IMG/VR virus record: IMGVR_UViG_3300045921_000730
Location: 124,001-188,000 of that record
DNA length: 64,000 bases
Strand: one strand, 5' to 3'
A model generated the notes under the pieces. It was given only the letters and a program-made list of their open reading frames with translations, had not been told where the DNA came from and searched no databases. Made by a program: the position numbers and the translations under genes. Every line of letters begins with the position of its first letter. Position 1 is the stretch's first letter. Shown piece by piece: positions 9,367 through 18,344 of the stretch.

Positions 9367-10142
9367 CCTATCGGATTAATCGGTATGTCAACAATTACTT
9401 TTTCATTACAATCGCGACATTGGATTTCACATGTCGGATCAATACCAAAATCTAACAATTGCTCAATACGCTCACGTATGAGAGTAAACGTATTGATTGG
9501 AACTGATTGAAGCCATTCAACAATCATTTGTTTGTCAAAAACACCGTCAACATCATTGATCATGTTAGCATAATTTTCAACTAACTTTTCTTGAACAAGC
9601 GTTGCTGTATTTTGATTTTCAATTGTTAATGATTGATATAACTCAATAATGTCTTTAAATACAATTGGTTTAAGTATTACTTTTTGTCCTTCAGGTGTTG
9701 TTATTGTTGACGTATTTTTAACAATTGTTGGATCAATTTCTTTAGTTTTTTTAATGATTGGCTCAATGGGAATCGAATAAGTATGTTGTTTTGCATTTTC
9801 GCAAGTGTGTTTATGAGTTATTTCAACGGTTGGTCCATATGAAACGAACCTTAAACACGCCATTAAATAATCAATGTCTTTTGATAAGAGATATTCCGGT
9901 TTATTTACTTGTGGTACACAACGTTTAATTACATTAATTACAGCTGTACCATTGATCAATAAATCTGGCGTATTTAAAGCAATTTCATCTATAGCACTCA
10001 TTGGATATACGTGCACTTCGCCATTAATCACGTCATCTGTTAACTCATTATTTTCGTAAAAAATCGCCAAAGACGGTAAACGAAACGTTTGACCGGGCAA
10101 TCTACTTTTTAAATTTTGAACCAACGGATTAAAATTTTCCAT
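9354..10142 (-). CDS. Baseplate hub assembly protein / tail assembly chaperone (T4 gp26-like)
   Basis: AAGGAG SD before ATG 10142 (MENFNPL); LPS..IFY, PMSAIDE, DIDYLM..LR..SYG, HxC and CxxC motifs, ends PIGFFT; divergent from the tape measure gene. Confidence 0.75.
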   Translation of the reverse strand: MENFNPLVQNLKSRLPGQTFRLPSLAIFYENNELTDDVINGEVHVYPMSAIDEIALNTPDLLINGTAVINVIKRCVPQVNKPEYLLSKDIDYLMACLRFVSYGPTVEITHKHTCENAKQHTYSIPIEPIIKKTKEIDPTIVKNTSTITTPEGQKVILKPIVFKDIIELYQSLTIENQNTATLVQEKLVENYANMINDVDGVFDKQMIVEWLQSVPINTFTLIRERIEQLLDFGIDPTCEIQCRDCNEKVIVDIPINPIGFFT

Positions 10143-10218
10143 AAAAATCTCCTTATTGCACAGATATTTATTGATGTCATAAAACCATAAATAACTCAAC
10201 ATATTGGGGAAACTGTAT

Positions 10219-12408
10219 ATGGCTGATGATGTATTAAAAAATATTAGAGAAGTAGATGCAAATCTTCAAATGTTTTCTGATACACTAAAACGTATAGTTG
10301 AAGTGAACAAAACATATGAAGACGTTCAACGTAATTTAAATGAAACCGTCGAAGAAAATGAGCGTTCAATTGACGAGATTTACAAGAAAAAAATATTAAT
10401 TGAAACTTCATATACAAAGAAAAAGTTAGAAGAAATAAAAGCTGTTGAAGGTTTGGTAAAAAGTCAAAAAGAACAATTACGACAACTTGCACTTGAGATC
10501 GCTAAGAAGCAAGAGCTGATTGAAGCAACCGATCAGAATAGCGAACAGCACAAACTTTTGGTTGAACAAATTGAAACATTACGTAATGAATACTCATCTT
10601 TGAATAATAATATTATTCAAAATCAAGGAAAAATTAACCAGAATACGACCGCTTTAGTTAAAAATCAAACCTCCCTTGGTACTTTTGCAACAAAAATTAG
10701 TGATACAGCAAAAGAAACATTTACATTTAAAGCAGGGTTGGCTGGATTGGGCGCTTCATTAAAGGCTTTAAGCAACGAACTTCGTCAAACAACTAAACAA
10801 TATGGCGGGTTTTATGAAGGGCTTAATCAAAGTACATCCAGTACTGGTCAATTTATTGATATTGTCAAACAACTTGGACAAACATATTACGATTCATATG
10901 TAAAATATGGAATAAATCCCGAAACCTTAGCACGGTTAAATCGTGAATATCGACAAATGTCGTTGGTTATTGGTGATACCAATAAAGTTCAACATCTATT
11001 GAACACCACAAACAAAGAAGGTTTAACCTTCCAGCAACAATATTTTCGTTTGACAGGTAACAACGAACAAGCGATGAGTGCTTTGTATGAGCAGCTGAAT
11101 ATGCTAGCTGTTTCAGGCATAAAACCAACGTCAGCAGCATTGCAATCGATGGCAGATACAACAACACGGGTTAGCAAAATAACCGGTATAATGCCAGACC
11201 AATTTAACGAATTGATGAATTCTATAATTGGAACCACCGAATCGATAGGACTCATGCGTGCAATGTCTGAGCAACAGCGAGTAGCTTTCTTAAAGACCAA
11301 TCAAACAATATTAGCTACAAATGTTGCTCTTGGTATGACAAAAGAACAAGCAGCACAAGCTGCAAAAACATTAAATGAAATGGCTGGACAAAAACCCCTT
11401 GATCGTATGCGGCAAGCAGCACGAATGAGAGCCATGGGAGCGGCGTTTGGTGTTGAAGGAGCTGATGTCGCAGCTCAAGCTGTTATAGCAGGTTCTCGAG
11501 CTACAGACGAGCAAAGGCAAGCGTTAGCAGCTTTTTCCAGATCTATGGCAACAACCATGGATCAAATGAGGGGTGCAGGACTTGGTGCTGAAATTGTATC
11601 AACGACAATGATGGAAAAAATGGATCTTGAAAGATATTTTGGTAAAGAAAGTCCATTTTCGACAACACTAGCAATCCCTGTTAAACAAGCTGCCGAAAAC
11701 TTAAGTACAGCTAACGCCGATTTAACAAAAGGTATGGATGCATTCGTAAAAGTAATGAATGCACTTCAATCGCCGATCGGGGCATTGACGGGTGCAATAG
11801 TAGTATTAACAGGAGCTGTGGTTGCTAACACAATGGCACAAACAGGTAAAGCTATTGGAAATATTGGAAAAGGAGTTGGAAGCGCCGTAGGAAACGCTGC
11901 CAAAGGAGCTGTCGGTCTTGCAGCTCGAGGTACCGCACTTGGATTATCAGGTATGGCAGGATATGAATTGGGTGAGTTATTTTATGGATCCGATTTTGGG
12001 TATACTGCTACTCAGAACCTAATCGATTTCTTTACTGGTGGTCCAAAAGCCGATGCTGCAACAGAAGCACGAAAAAATCAAATGATTCAAGAGATGAAAC
12101 AAAGACGTGCGGAATATGTTGCAGGAAGTAAAACACCAAGTACCATGGTAGTTGAACAAACAGAAGAAACAAACAAAAAAATTGAACAACAAAATAATAT
12201 AATCGATCAAAACTTAAATGAAATCAAACAGTCAAATTCATATCTTAAAACAATTTCTGATATGATTGCTGAGCAACTATTATTAACAAGAAAACAAATT
12301 GAATTGTCTGGATTGAGTGAAGAAGAAAGAAGAAAACAAATTAATTCAATGTTAAGAATTAATGAAATTAAAGGAAAATCAGCAAGCTATATTACACCAA
12401 TTCAGTGA
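10219..12408 (+). CDS. Tape measure protein (putative)
   Basis: About 729 aa, helical Ala/Gln-rich, Gly-rich hydrophobic stretch near the C-terminus; next to the chaperone pair; CATAAATA upstream. Confidence 0.65.
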   Translation: MADDVLKNIREVDANLQMFSDTLKRIVEVNKTYEDVQRNLNETVEENERSIDEIYKKKILIETSYTKKKLEEIKAVEGLVKSQKEQLRQLALEIAKKQELIEATDQNSEQHKLLVEQIETLRNEYSSLNNNIIQNQGKINQNTTALVKNQTSLGTFATKISDTAKETFTFKAGLAGLGASLKALSNELRQTTKQYGGFYEGLNQSTSSTGQFIDIVKQLGQTYYDSYVKYGINPETLARLNREYRQMSLVIGDTNKVQHLLNTTNKEGLTFQQQYFRLTGNNEQAMSALYEQLNMLAVSGIKPTSAALQSMADTTTRVSKITGIMPDQFNELMNSIIGTTESIGLMRAMSEQQRVAFLKTNQTILATNVALGMTKEQAAQAAKTLNEMAGQKPLDRMRQAARMRAMGAAFGVEGADVAAQAVIAGSRATDEQRQALAAFSRSMATTMDQMRGAGLGAEIVSTTMMEKMDLERYFGKESPFSTTLAIPVKQAAENLSTANADLTKGMDAFVKVMNALQSPIGALTGAIVVLTGAVVANTMAQTGKAIGNIGKGVGSAVGNAAKGAVGLAARGTALGLSGMAGYELGELFYGSDFGYTATQNLIDFFTGGPKADAATEARKNQMIQEMKQRRAEYVAGSKTPSTMVVEQTEETNKKIEQQNNIIDQNLNEIKQSNSYLKTISDMIAEQLLLTRKQIELSGLSEEERRKQINSMLRINEIKGKSASYITPIQ

Positions 12409-12426
12409 ATGACTGCCTCGCAATAG

Positions 12427-12654
12427 TTCTACCCCGTAAAATTAAAGACTTTGTGGTCTCTCCAGACTAAACAACAATAAATAATTCAAGAAACCTTGAT
12501 GTTCTTCAGATGTTAGGATAAATTAAATAAATAAAAAAATCAATTAATAATAACCGTGTTAATTGATTTTAATTAAAACTAAATATTGTAATAATCTGTT
12601 GTAACAAATTCGGCCCAGAAAATTAGTTGTTCTTAAGAACAACTAGCAGTTCAC
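12427..12654. repeat. Cluster of IS200/IS605-end-like remnants (families C, A, B) upstream of the portal gene
   Basis: 12427-12475 resembles 44464-44520; 12487-12526 resembles 36006-36045; 12612-12654 GGCCCAGAAAATTAGTTGTTCTTAAGAACAACTAGCAGTTCAC resembles 36070-36110. Confidence 0.55.
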
Positions 12655-12674
12655 TATTAAGAAATGACCCCAAT

Positions 12675-14291
12675 ATGGCAAAATTAACAAATTATTTTAA
12701 AGTCATCACACCAAGAATCGGTACAACAACAATGACCGATAACCAAAATATTGGTGATCAGGGTGCATATGCTAATTATACGTGGTATCAAAGGCTAATA
12801 CAAGGTTCAGCATCCAGAATAACAAGATATCGCGAATACGATTTAATGGATAACGACGTTGAAGTATCTCGTGCTCTTGACACAATTGCTGAAGAAATGT
12901 GTGGTTCTGATCCACAGCGTGATTTACCCTTGGTTTTAAAATTTGAAAGTGATAAATCAAACGAAAATAATCATGCCATTGTTAACACACTGAAAACTGC
13001 TATGCAGTATTGGTCAGATTTACATGAACTTGACATAAGATTATTTAAAATAGCACGCATGACAATCAAGTATGGTGATTGTTTCTTTTTGCGAAAAAGC
13101 CCTACAAAAAAATGGGAATTCATTCACCCAAGAAACGTTATTGCAGCAATTGTTGATGAAAACGACATGACTAAAGTTCTTGGGTGGCAAGTGAAACAAG
13201 ATATAAAAAAACCAAATTCGCCTTACAGTGCTCCAACAGGTCATTTTGGAAACTATAGCGAATCACAAGTTGATACATATTCAGCCGACGAAATAGTTTG
13301 GTTTTCGTTGAATGATGACATAAGTGAAGCAGCACCTTTCGGTGATTCGATACTTCGTGCTGTATATAGAGCACAAAAACAAAAAGAGTTGCTCGAAGAT
13401 GCTATTATTATCTATCGCATCCAACGAGCACCTGAAAGAAGAGTGTTTTACATTGATGTCGGTAAAATGCCTCCTGCTCGCGTAAAAGCATATTTGGAGC
13501 AAATTAAAAATGATATGCGCCAAAAGAAAGTCCCAACAGCAGGTGGTGGCGTTGAACAAGTCGATTCTGTTTACAATCCCCAATCAATGAATGAAGACTT
13601 TTTCTTTGCTCAAAGACCTGACGGCAAAGGATCACGTGTTGAAGTTTTGCCAGGTGGTCAAGGCCTTGGCGAATTAGCAGACCTTGAGTACTTTCAGTGG
13701 AAAGTGTTTAGAGGGTTAAGAATTCCTCTTTCTTATATGCGGGAAGGTCAAGATAATGCAATTTTCAATGATGGTAAAGTTGGTGTAGCGTACATTCAAG
13801 AATTGCGTTTTGCTTTGTTTATTAAAAGATTGCAACGTCATATTGAAAAAATACTTGATGCAGAATTTAAAAAATATTTACGTAGTGCTGATGTTATAGT
13901 AGACAACTCATTATTTAAAATAACCTTACCAGAACCTGAAAACTTTGGTGTATATAGACAACAAGAACTCAATGCAAATCTATTAGCAACATTAAGCAAT
14001 GCTGATAACGTTGAATATATCTCCAAACGTTTTGCTTTAAGAAAATATGCTGGATTTACAGATGAAGAAATTTTGACTAACGAAACAATGCGTGCAGAAG
14101 AACTTGGTGTCTTGGGCGAACTTACTAAAAAAGATTTGTCAAAGATTTATAATACGGCAAACCAATTAATGCCAGATGTGGGAATGGGCGGAGATATGAT
14201 TGCTGAACCTGGAGGAATTGAACAACCTACAGGCGTTGGAGAGCTTGGTAGTGCACCACCAGAAGCTGAACCTACAACTCCTCTAACATAA
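12675..14291 (+). CDS. gp20: Portal protein
   Basis: LLEDAIIIYRIQRAPERRVFYIDVGKMP, EDFFF, LPGGQ: T4 gp20 signature; likely start ATG 12675. Confidence 0.95.
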   Translation: MAKLTNYFKVITPRIGTTTMTDNQNIGDQGAYANYTWYQRLIQGSASRITRYREYDLMDNDVEVSRALDTIAEEMCGSDPQRDLPLVLKFESDKSNENNHAIVNTLKTAMQYWSDLHELDIRLFKIARMTIKYGDCFFLRKSPTKKWEFIHPRNVIAAIVDENDMTKVLGWQVKQDIKKPNSPYSAPTGHFGNYSESQVDTYSADEIVWFSLNDDISEAAPFGDSILRAVYRAQKQKELLEDAIIIYRIQRAPERRVFYIDVGKMPPARVKAYLEQIKNDMRQKKVPTAGGGVEQVDSVYNPQSMNEDFFFAQRPDGKGSRVEVLPGGQGLGELADLEYFQWKVFRGLRIPLSYMREGQDNAIFNDGKVGVAYIQELRFALFIKRLQRHIEKILDAEFKKYLRSADVIVDNSLFKITLPEPENFGVYRQQELNANLLATLSNADNVEYISKRFALRKYAGFTDEEILTNETMRAEELGVLGELTKKDLSKIYNTANQLMPDVGMGGDMIAEPGGIEQPTGVGELGSAPPEAEPTTPLT

Positions 14292-14317
14292 TTTTTCGTA
14301 TAAAAAATTAGTATTTG

Positions 14318-14336
14318 TATAAATACATTATAAATA
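14318..14336 (+). promoter_or_regulatory. Tandem T4-type late promoters (TATAAATA x2)
   Basis: TATAAATA at 14318-14325 and 14329-14336. Confidence 0.75.
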
Positions 14337-14364
14337 ATTACTACTGCTATTAAAGGAGCATGCA

Positions 14365-14739
14365 ATGAACAAAGCAATGAAACAAAATCTCGAAAATTTA
14401 ATTACAGGTCTCATCAACGAAGATACTGAAGGATCAACACAAGCTATTCGTGAATATCTTCGAATGAAGTCTCAGGAAATTCTTCTCGGCGAAAAGAAAG
14501 AAGACGATGAAGATCATGATGAAGATATGGACATGGATGACGAAGACGAAGATCATGACAAAGATCATGATGATGATGATGACGATGATGATGATGACGA
14601 TGATGATGACGATGATGATGACGATGATGATGACGATGATGATGACGATGATGATGACGATGATGATGACGATGATGATGACGATGATGATGACGACGAA
14701 GAAAAAAACAAAAAACACAAAAAACATAAAGACGAATAA
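14365..14739 (+). CDS. Acidic prohead core-like protein (gp67/gp68 position) with a 43-residue poly-Asp tract
   Basis: AAGGAG SD, late promoter, located between portal and protease. Confidence 0.7.
   Translation: MNKAMKQNLENLITGLINEDTEGSTQAIREYLRMKSQEILLGEKKEDDEDHDEDMDMDDEDEDHDKDHDDDDDDDDDDDDDDDDDDDDDDDDDDDDDDDDDDDDDDDDDDDEEKNKKHKKHKDE
14569..14697 (+). repeat. GAY trinucleotide tract, mostly (GATGATGATGAC)n, encoding poly-Asp
   Basis: 129 nt of GAT/GAC codons with 12-nt periodicity. Confidence 0.95.
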
Positions 14740-14816
14740 TCACTTTTTTAATCCTCTTTCGAGCTAAAAATTGCTGAATTTTTAGCTTTGTAGTTGTTGA
14801 TTATTCTTAATAGTTA

Positions 14817-14852
14817 AAACATCCAAGCAAATTTGCTTGGATGTTTTTTTTT
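14817..14852. terminator. Bidirectional intrinsic terminator
   Basis: AAAACATCCAAGCAAATTTGCTTGGATGTTTTTTTTT between convergent genes. Confidence 0.85.
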
Positions 14853-14854
14853 GT

Positions 14855-16471
14855 TCACTTCAGCATTAAAATCCACTTTCCGTTACCGCAGTCCCAAATT
14901 CTATCATACCCGTTATTTTTCATATTTTCCCATTCGGTGAGATTATTGTCAAAATAATCCAACAAATTACGTTGCTTGTGCTTTTGAAAATATATTCGCG
15001 AATATAGTTTGTGACAATTTTTACGTGAAAAATAAAAATAGTTAGGTTTTGTGTTCTCCACAAACGTAAACCCAGTTTTGTTATAAACGTTTCCGGTTGT
15101 ATAACGCAAATCATTGTAGGTTATAATACCTACTGGAAAAGTATTTTTTATGGCGTGTGTTAAAAGTTTTGAAAAACCACCAACAACTATATAATTTAAA
15201 AGAGAAGAAAAACGAACAATTTCCAACATTCCATCTTGTTTGTAACGATTTTTAGACAAAGAAAGCACTTGAACCAACGTGTTATCATAAAATAGCCCAT
15301 AATTATATTTTGATTTTACGCTACCGCCAAGATGGTTAGCTTCATGAAATATTTCAGCATCTTTTGTTGAAATTGTATTAATTTTACATTTTCTTGCATA
15401 CAAAATGTTTTTTGTTAACCCTAACGTATTCACGATAATAGATTTCACAATATTGGGTTGTTCCAAAATTTCTTTATCCCAAAAATGTAATAGTTTAATA
15501 TTTTTAGTTTTACATAAATTTGTTTTTTGCAAATGGTACGAAGCATTTTTTCCGTTTATTTCACTGTGCCAAAAAATACCATTAATTTCAATAGCTACAT
15601 TTGCAGAGGGAATAAAAATATCTAATTCTTTATTGTCTGGTAATATATCTCTCACATTCACTTGATGTTCGATATTGTTTTGTATTAAAAAATCGACAAT
15701 TATTTGTTGTGGTTTAGACTTAAAATGATGTTGAATATCAATATTAAATTCATTCATTCGTGCCCATATGAGGTGTTTGGACACACCCTTTTCTTCAGCA
15801 ATCTCACCAATAGTTTTTTGTAAAATTGTGTGCTGATATGATAACCATTCACTATTATTAATTTGTTGATCTTTATTTGTTTTGTTATGTTGTTCTTTAA
15901 TTTTTTGTCTTATAGCATCGTGCTGGGAACAATACTTAACACCGTATCTTTCTAAATTTGTCGTTTGTTGCTTTTGTTTGTTTTGTTCTATAAAACTTTC
16001 TTTGCTTCCGTAACGATTAATAATCGTTGCTTCTCTTTTTAGCTTAATTTGTTTTTTTGTTTCTTCAGATTGCTTTAATTTTGCTTCTTTTATTTTTTTA
16101 ATGAGATTGACTTTATCAGAAAGTCTCTTTTTAACTTTTTGTGCTTTAATGCTATTATCATTAGCAGCACACTTGCTGGAACAATATTGCTGAAACGATT
16201 TTTTCGAAGGTATGAAACGGAGCGGAACACTACATACTTTACAGGTTGGCTGTTGTGTAATATTTGAAATAATAACAAATATTCGTTCTTGTAAAGACGG
16301 TTCACCCTCCAAAAAACATGTATTATCAATAATTTGCTTAACTATATCTGGATATTTCCCCACAATCTTTGTAAGATTTGGGTTGATTCGGTGTTTATCA
16401 TTAATAAATTTATACTTTTGTAAAATTTCATTCATATAATTTCCACAAATAAACCTGGTGTTTTTTAACAT
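14855..16471 (-). CDS. Free-standing homing-endonuclease-like protein: Zn finger/HTH + PD-(D/E)xK (Vsr/DUF559-like) + Mom/GNAT-like domain (copy 1)
   Basis: CKVC...YCSSKC; ELDIFIPSANVAIEINGIFWHSE; YARKC...NHLGG...EIVRF...RIWDCG. Confidence 0.75.
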   Translation of the reverse strand: MLKNTRFICGNYMNEILQKYKFINDKHRINPNLTKIVGKYPDIVKQIIDNTCFLEGEPSLQERIFVIISNITQQPTCKVCSVPLRFIPSKKSFQQYCSSKCAANDNSIKAQKVKKRLSDKVNLIKKIKEAKLKQSEETKKQIKLKREATIINRYGSKESFIEQNKQKQQTTNLERYGVKYCSQHDAIRQKIKEQHNKTNKDQQINNSEWLSYQHTILQKTIGEIAEEKGVSKHLIWARMNEFNIDIQHHFKSKPQQIIVDFLIQNNIEHQVNVRDILPDNKELDIFIPSANVAIEINGIFWHSEINGKNASYHLQKTNLCKTKNIKLLHFWDKEILEQPNIVKSIIVNTLGLTKNILYARKCKINTISTKDAEIFHEANHLGGSVKSKYNYGLFYDNTLVQVLSLSKNRYKQDGMLEIVRFSSLLNYIVVGGFSKLLTHAIKNTFPVGIITYNDLRYTTGNVYNKTGFTFVENTKPNYFYFSRKNCHKLYSRIYFQKHKQRNLLDYFDNNLTEWENMKNNGYDRIWDCGNGKWILMLK

Positions 16472-16509
16472 TGTTCAATCGACATTTTCACGCAAAAAAC
16501 ACCATTCGC

Positions 16510-16517
16510 TATAAATA
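16510..16517 (+). promoter_or_regulatory. T4-type late promoter
   Basis: TATAAATA upstream of the protease gene. Confidence 0.7.
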
Positions 16518-16622
16518 TTATTATACAACAAAATACATTAATGTTATGATTGACTCATTTCTTCGAATGCAAGAACCGAAGCAGATGATAAACATTTAAA
16601 ACACACAAAGGAGTTAAAAATA

Positions 16623-17261
16623 ATGACTACTATACAACTTTTAACAGAAGAGTTGCTACCATCAGAATGCAGTCTGCTGCAAGAAACATCACAAGACGGA
16701 AAAAATATATGGCTGTCCGGCATATTTATGCAAGCTGACCTCAAAAATCGCAACGGACGTGTATATCCAATGAATGAAATTGCTTCAGCCGTTGAGACTG
16801 CTAAACAAAAAATTAAAGAGCAAAATGGTATCATGGGTGAATTGGATCACCCACAATCTCTTCAAATCAATCTTGATAGAGTATCACATGTTATTACTGA
16901 ACTTTGGATGAATGGTGCTAATGCATATGGTAAAGCCAGACTCCTTAACACACCAATGGGAAATATTGCACAAGAATTAGTTAAAAATGGTGTCAAGCTT
17001 GGCGTATCGAGTCGTGGTGCCGGCAATGTTAATGAAAGCGGTGGCGTATCTCAATTTCAATTTATTACAGTAGATATTGTAGCTCAGCCATCAGCACCAA
17101 ATGCGTATCCTACGTCAGTTTATGAATCTTTACAATTGTCGAAATCGGGCCACAACATCCAATCACTTGCTGAAGCAGCTCAACACGACAAAAAAGCTCA
17201 AGTGTTTCTTAAGAAAGAGATACTTAACTGGCTGAATTCTGCGATTTTTTCTAAAAAATAA
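16623..17261 (+). CDS. gp21: Prohead protease
   Basis: GIFMQAD.KNRNGRVYP, GELDHP, VSH, GVSSRGAG, DIVAQPSAPNAYP. Confidence 0.95.
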   Translation: MTTIQLLTEELLPSECSLLQETSQDGKNIWLSGIFMQADLKNRNGRVYPMNEIASAVETAKQKIKEQNGIMGELDHPQSLQINLDRVSHVITELWMNGANAYGKARLLNTPMGNIAQELVKNGVKLGVSSRGAGNVNESGGVSQFQFITVDIVAQPSAPNAYPTSVYESLQLSKSGHNIQSLAEAAQHDKKAQVFLKKEILNWLNSAIFSKK

Positions 17262-17293
17262 GAATTTTCTTGCGTAAATAACTCTTTGATTTT

Positions 17294-17336
17294 AAACAAG
17301 AAATTCCTTTGTTTTAGGGGAATTTCTTGTTTTTTT
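17294..17336 (+). terminator. Hairpin/terminator between protease and scaffold
   Basis: AAACAAGAAATTCC...GGAATTTCTTGTTTTTT. Confidence 0.55.
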
Positions 17337-17391
17337 ATATTATTTTAATAAATAATATTAATAAAAACCACCCTGTTATAGGAGAAATAAC

Positions 17392-18312
17392 ATGAATGAA
17401 TTATTAAAGAAACTTCTTGATCAAGAAATCTTGACAGAAGAAACAAAAAATGAACTTGAACAAGCAATTACAAAAAAGATAAACGAAGCAATTGAGTTTG
17501 CAAGAGCTGAAACAACAGCACAAGTCACAGCTGAGTTAAACGAAAAGTTTGTTGAAGAAAGAGATATTTTAATTGAAGCGCTCGACGCAAAAGTAACAGA
17601 AGTTCTTAAGGAAGAACTTAATGAACTAAAAGAAGATATCGAACGCTTCCGCGATTTGGAAGCTGAATATGCTGAGAAGCTCGTTGAAGCAAAGAGCGAA
17701 ATGGCTGACCAACTAAAGAATGAACTCGGCGAACTTGTTGAAAAGGTAGATGCATTCTTAGAGATTCGTCTTGCCTCAGAACTTGAAGAGCTCCGCGAAG
17801 ACATCGAAGCCGAAAAGAAGAAAAAGTTCGGTCAAAAGATGTTTGAAGCATTTGTTGAAGAATACAAGAAGTATTTTGCTGGAGACGTTTCAGTTGAAGG
17901 CAAGCTAAATGAAACTGAAGCACGTCTCCAAGACGTTCAAGAACAACTCGAAAAGGCTGAAAGAAAGATTGCAAAGCTCGAGCGTACCAAGAAGCTTGAA
18001 GAAGTTCTTTCACCACTTTCAGGTCGTCAAAAAGAAATCATGGCAGCAATTCTCGAGAAGGTTGACACACCTCTTCTAGAAGATGCTTATAACACATTTA
18101 TTGGTCGTGTTTTGAAAGAAACACAACACGAAAAGACTTCGGAGAAGGAAACTCCAGTACTAGCCGAAGGTAAGAAGGAAGCGATCAAAGAAAAAGCAAC
18201 AGTTGTAAAGACTGGTGATGACTTTGTTCAACTAAACGAAAACAAGAAAACAGATGAAACAAATTTCACACAAGACAGCAAAGCTTGGGTTCGCAAGCTC
18301 GCTGGCATCTAA
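17392..18312 (+). CDS. gp22: Prohead scaffolding (core) protein
   Basis: Glu/Lys-rich coiled coil between protease and capsid; AGGAG SD. Confidence 0.85.
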   Translation: MNELLKKLLDQEILTEETKNELEQAITKKINEAIEFARAETTAQVTAELNEKFVEERDILIEALDAKVTEVLKEELNELKEDIERFRDLEAEYAEKLVEAKSEMADQLKNELGELVEKVDAFLEIRLASELEELREDIEAEKKKKFGQKMFEAFVEEYKKYFAGDVSVEGKLNETEARLQDVQEQLEKAERKIAKLERTKKLEEVLSPLSGRQKEIMAAILEKVDTPLLEDAYNTFIGRVLKETQHEKTSEKETPVLAEGKKEAIKEKATVVKTGDDFVQLNENKKTDETNFTQDSKAWVRKLAGI

Positions 18313-18344
18313 AAAATTTTTGCTAGTACAAAAGGAGAAAAGCA

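Noticed and set aside
14434-14767. Poly-Ile/Val, poly-His/Arg and poly-Met/Thr ORFs
   Set aside because: Alternative-frame readings of the GAT/GAC tract; only the poly-Asp frame has an SD, promoter and a normal N-terminus.
16546-16599. 17-codon mini-ORF (MIDSFLRMQEPKQMINI) in the protease leader
   Set aside because: No SD and no recognisable motif; cannot be told from chance.
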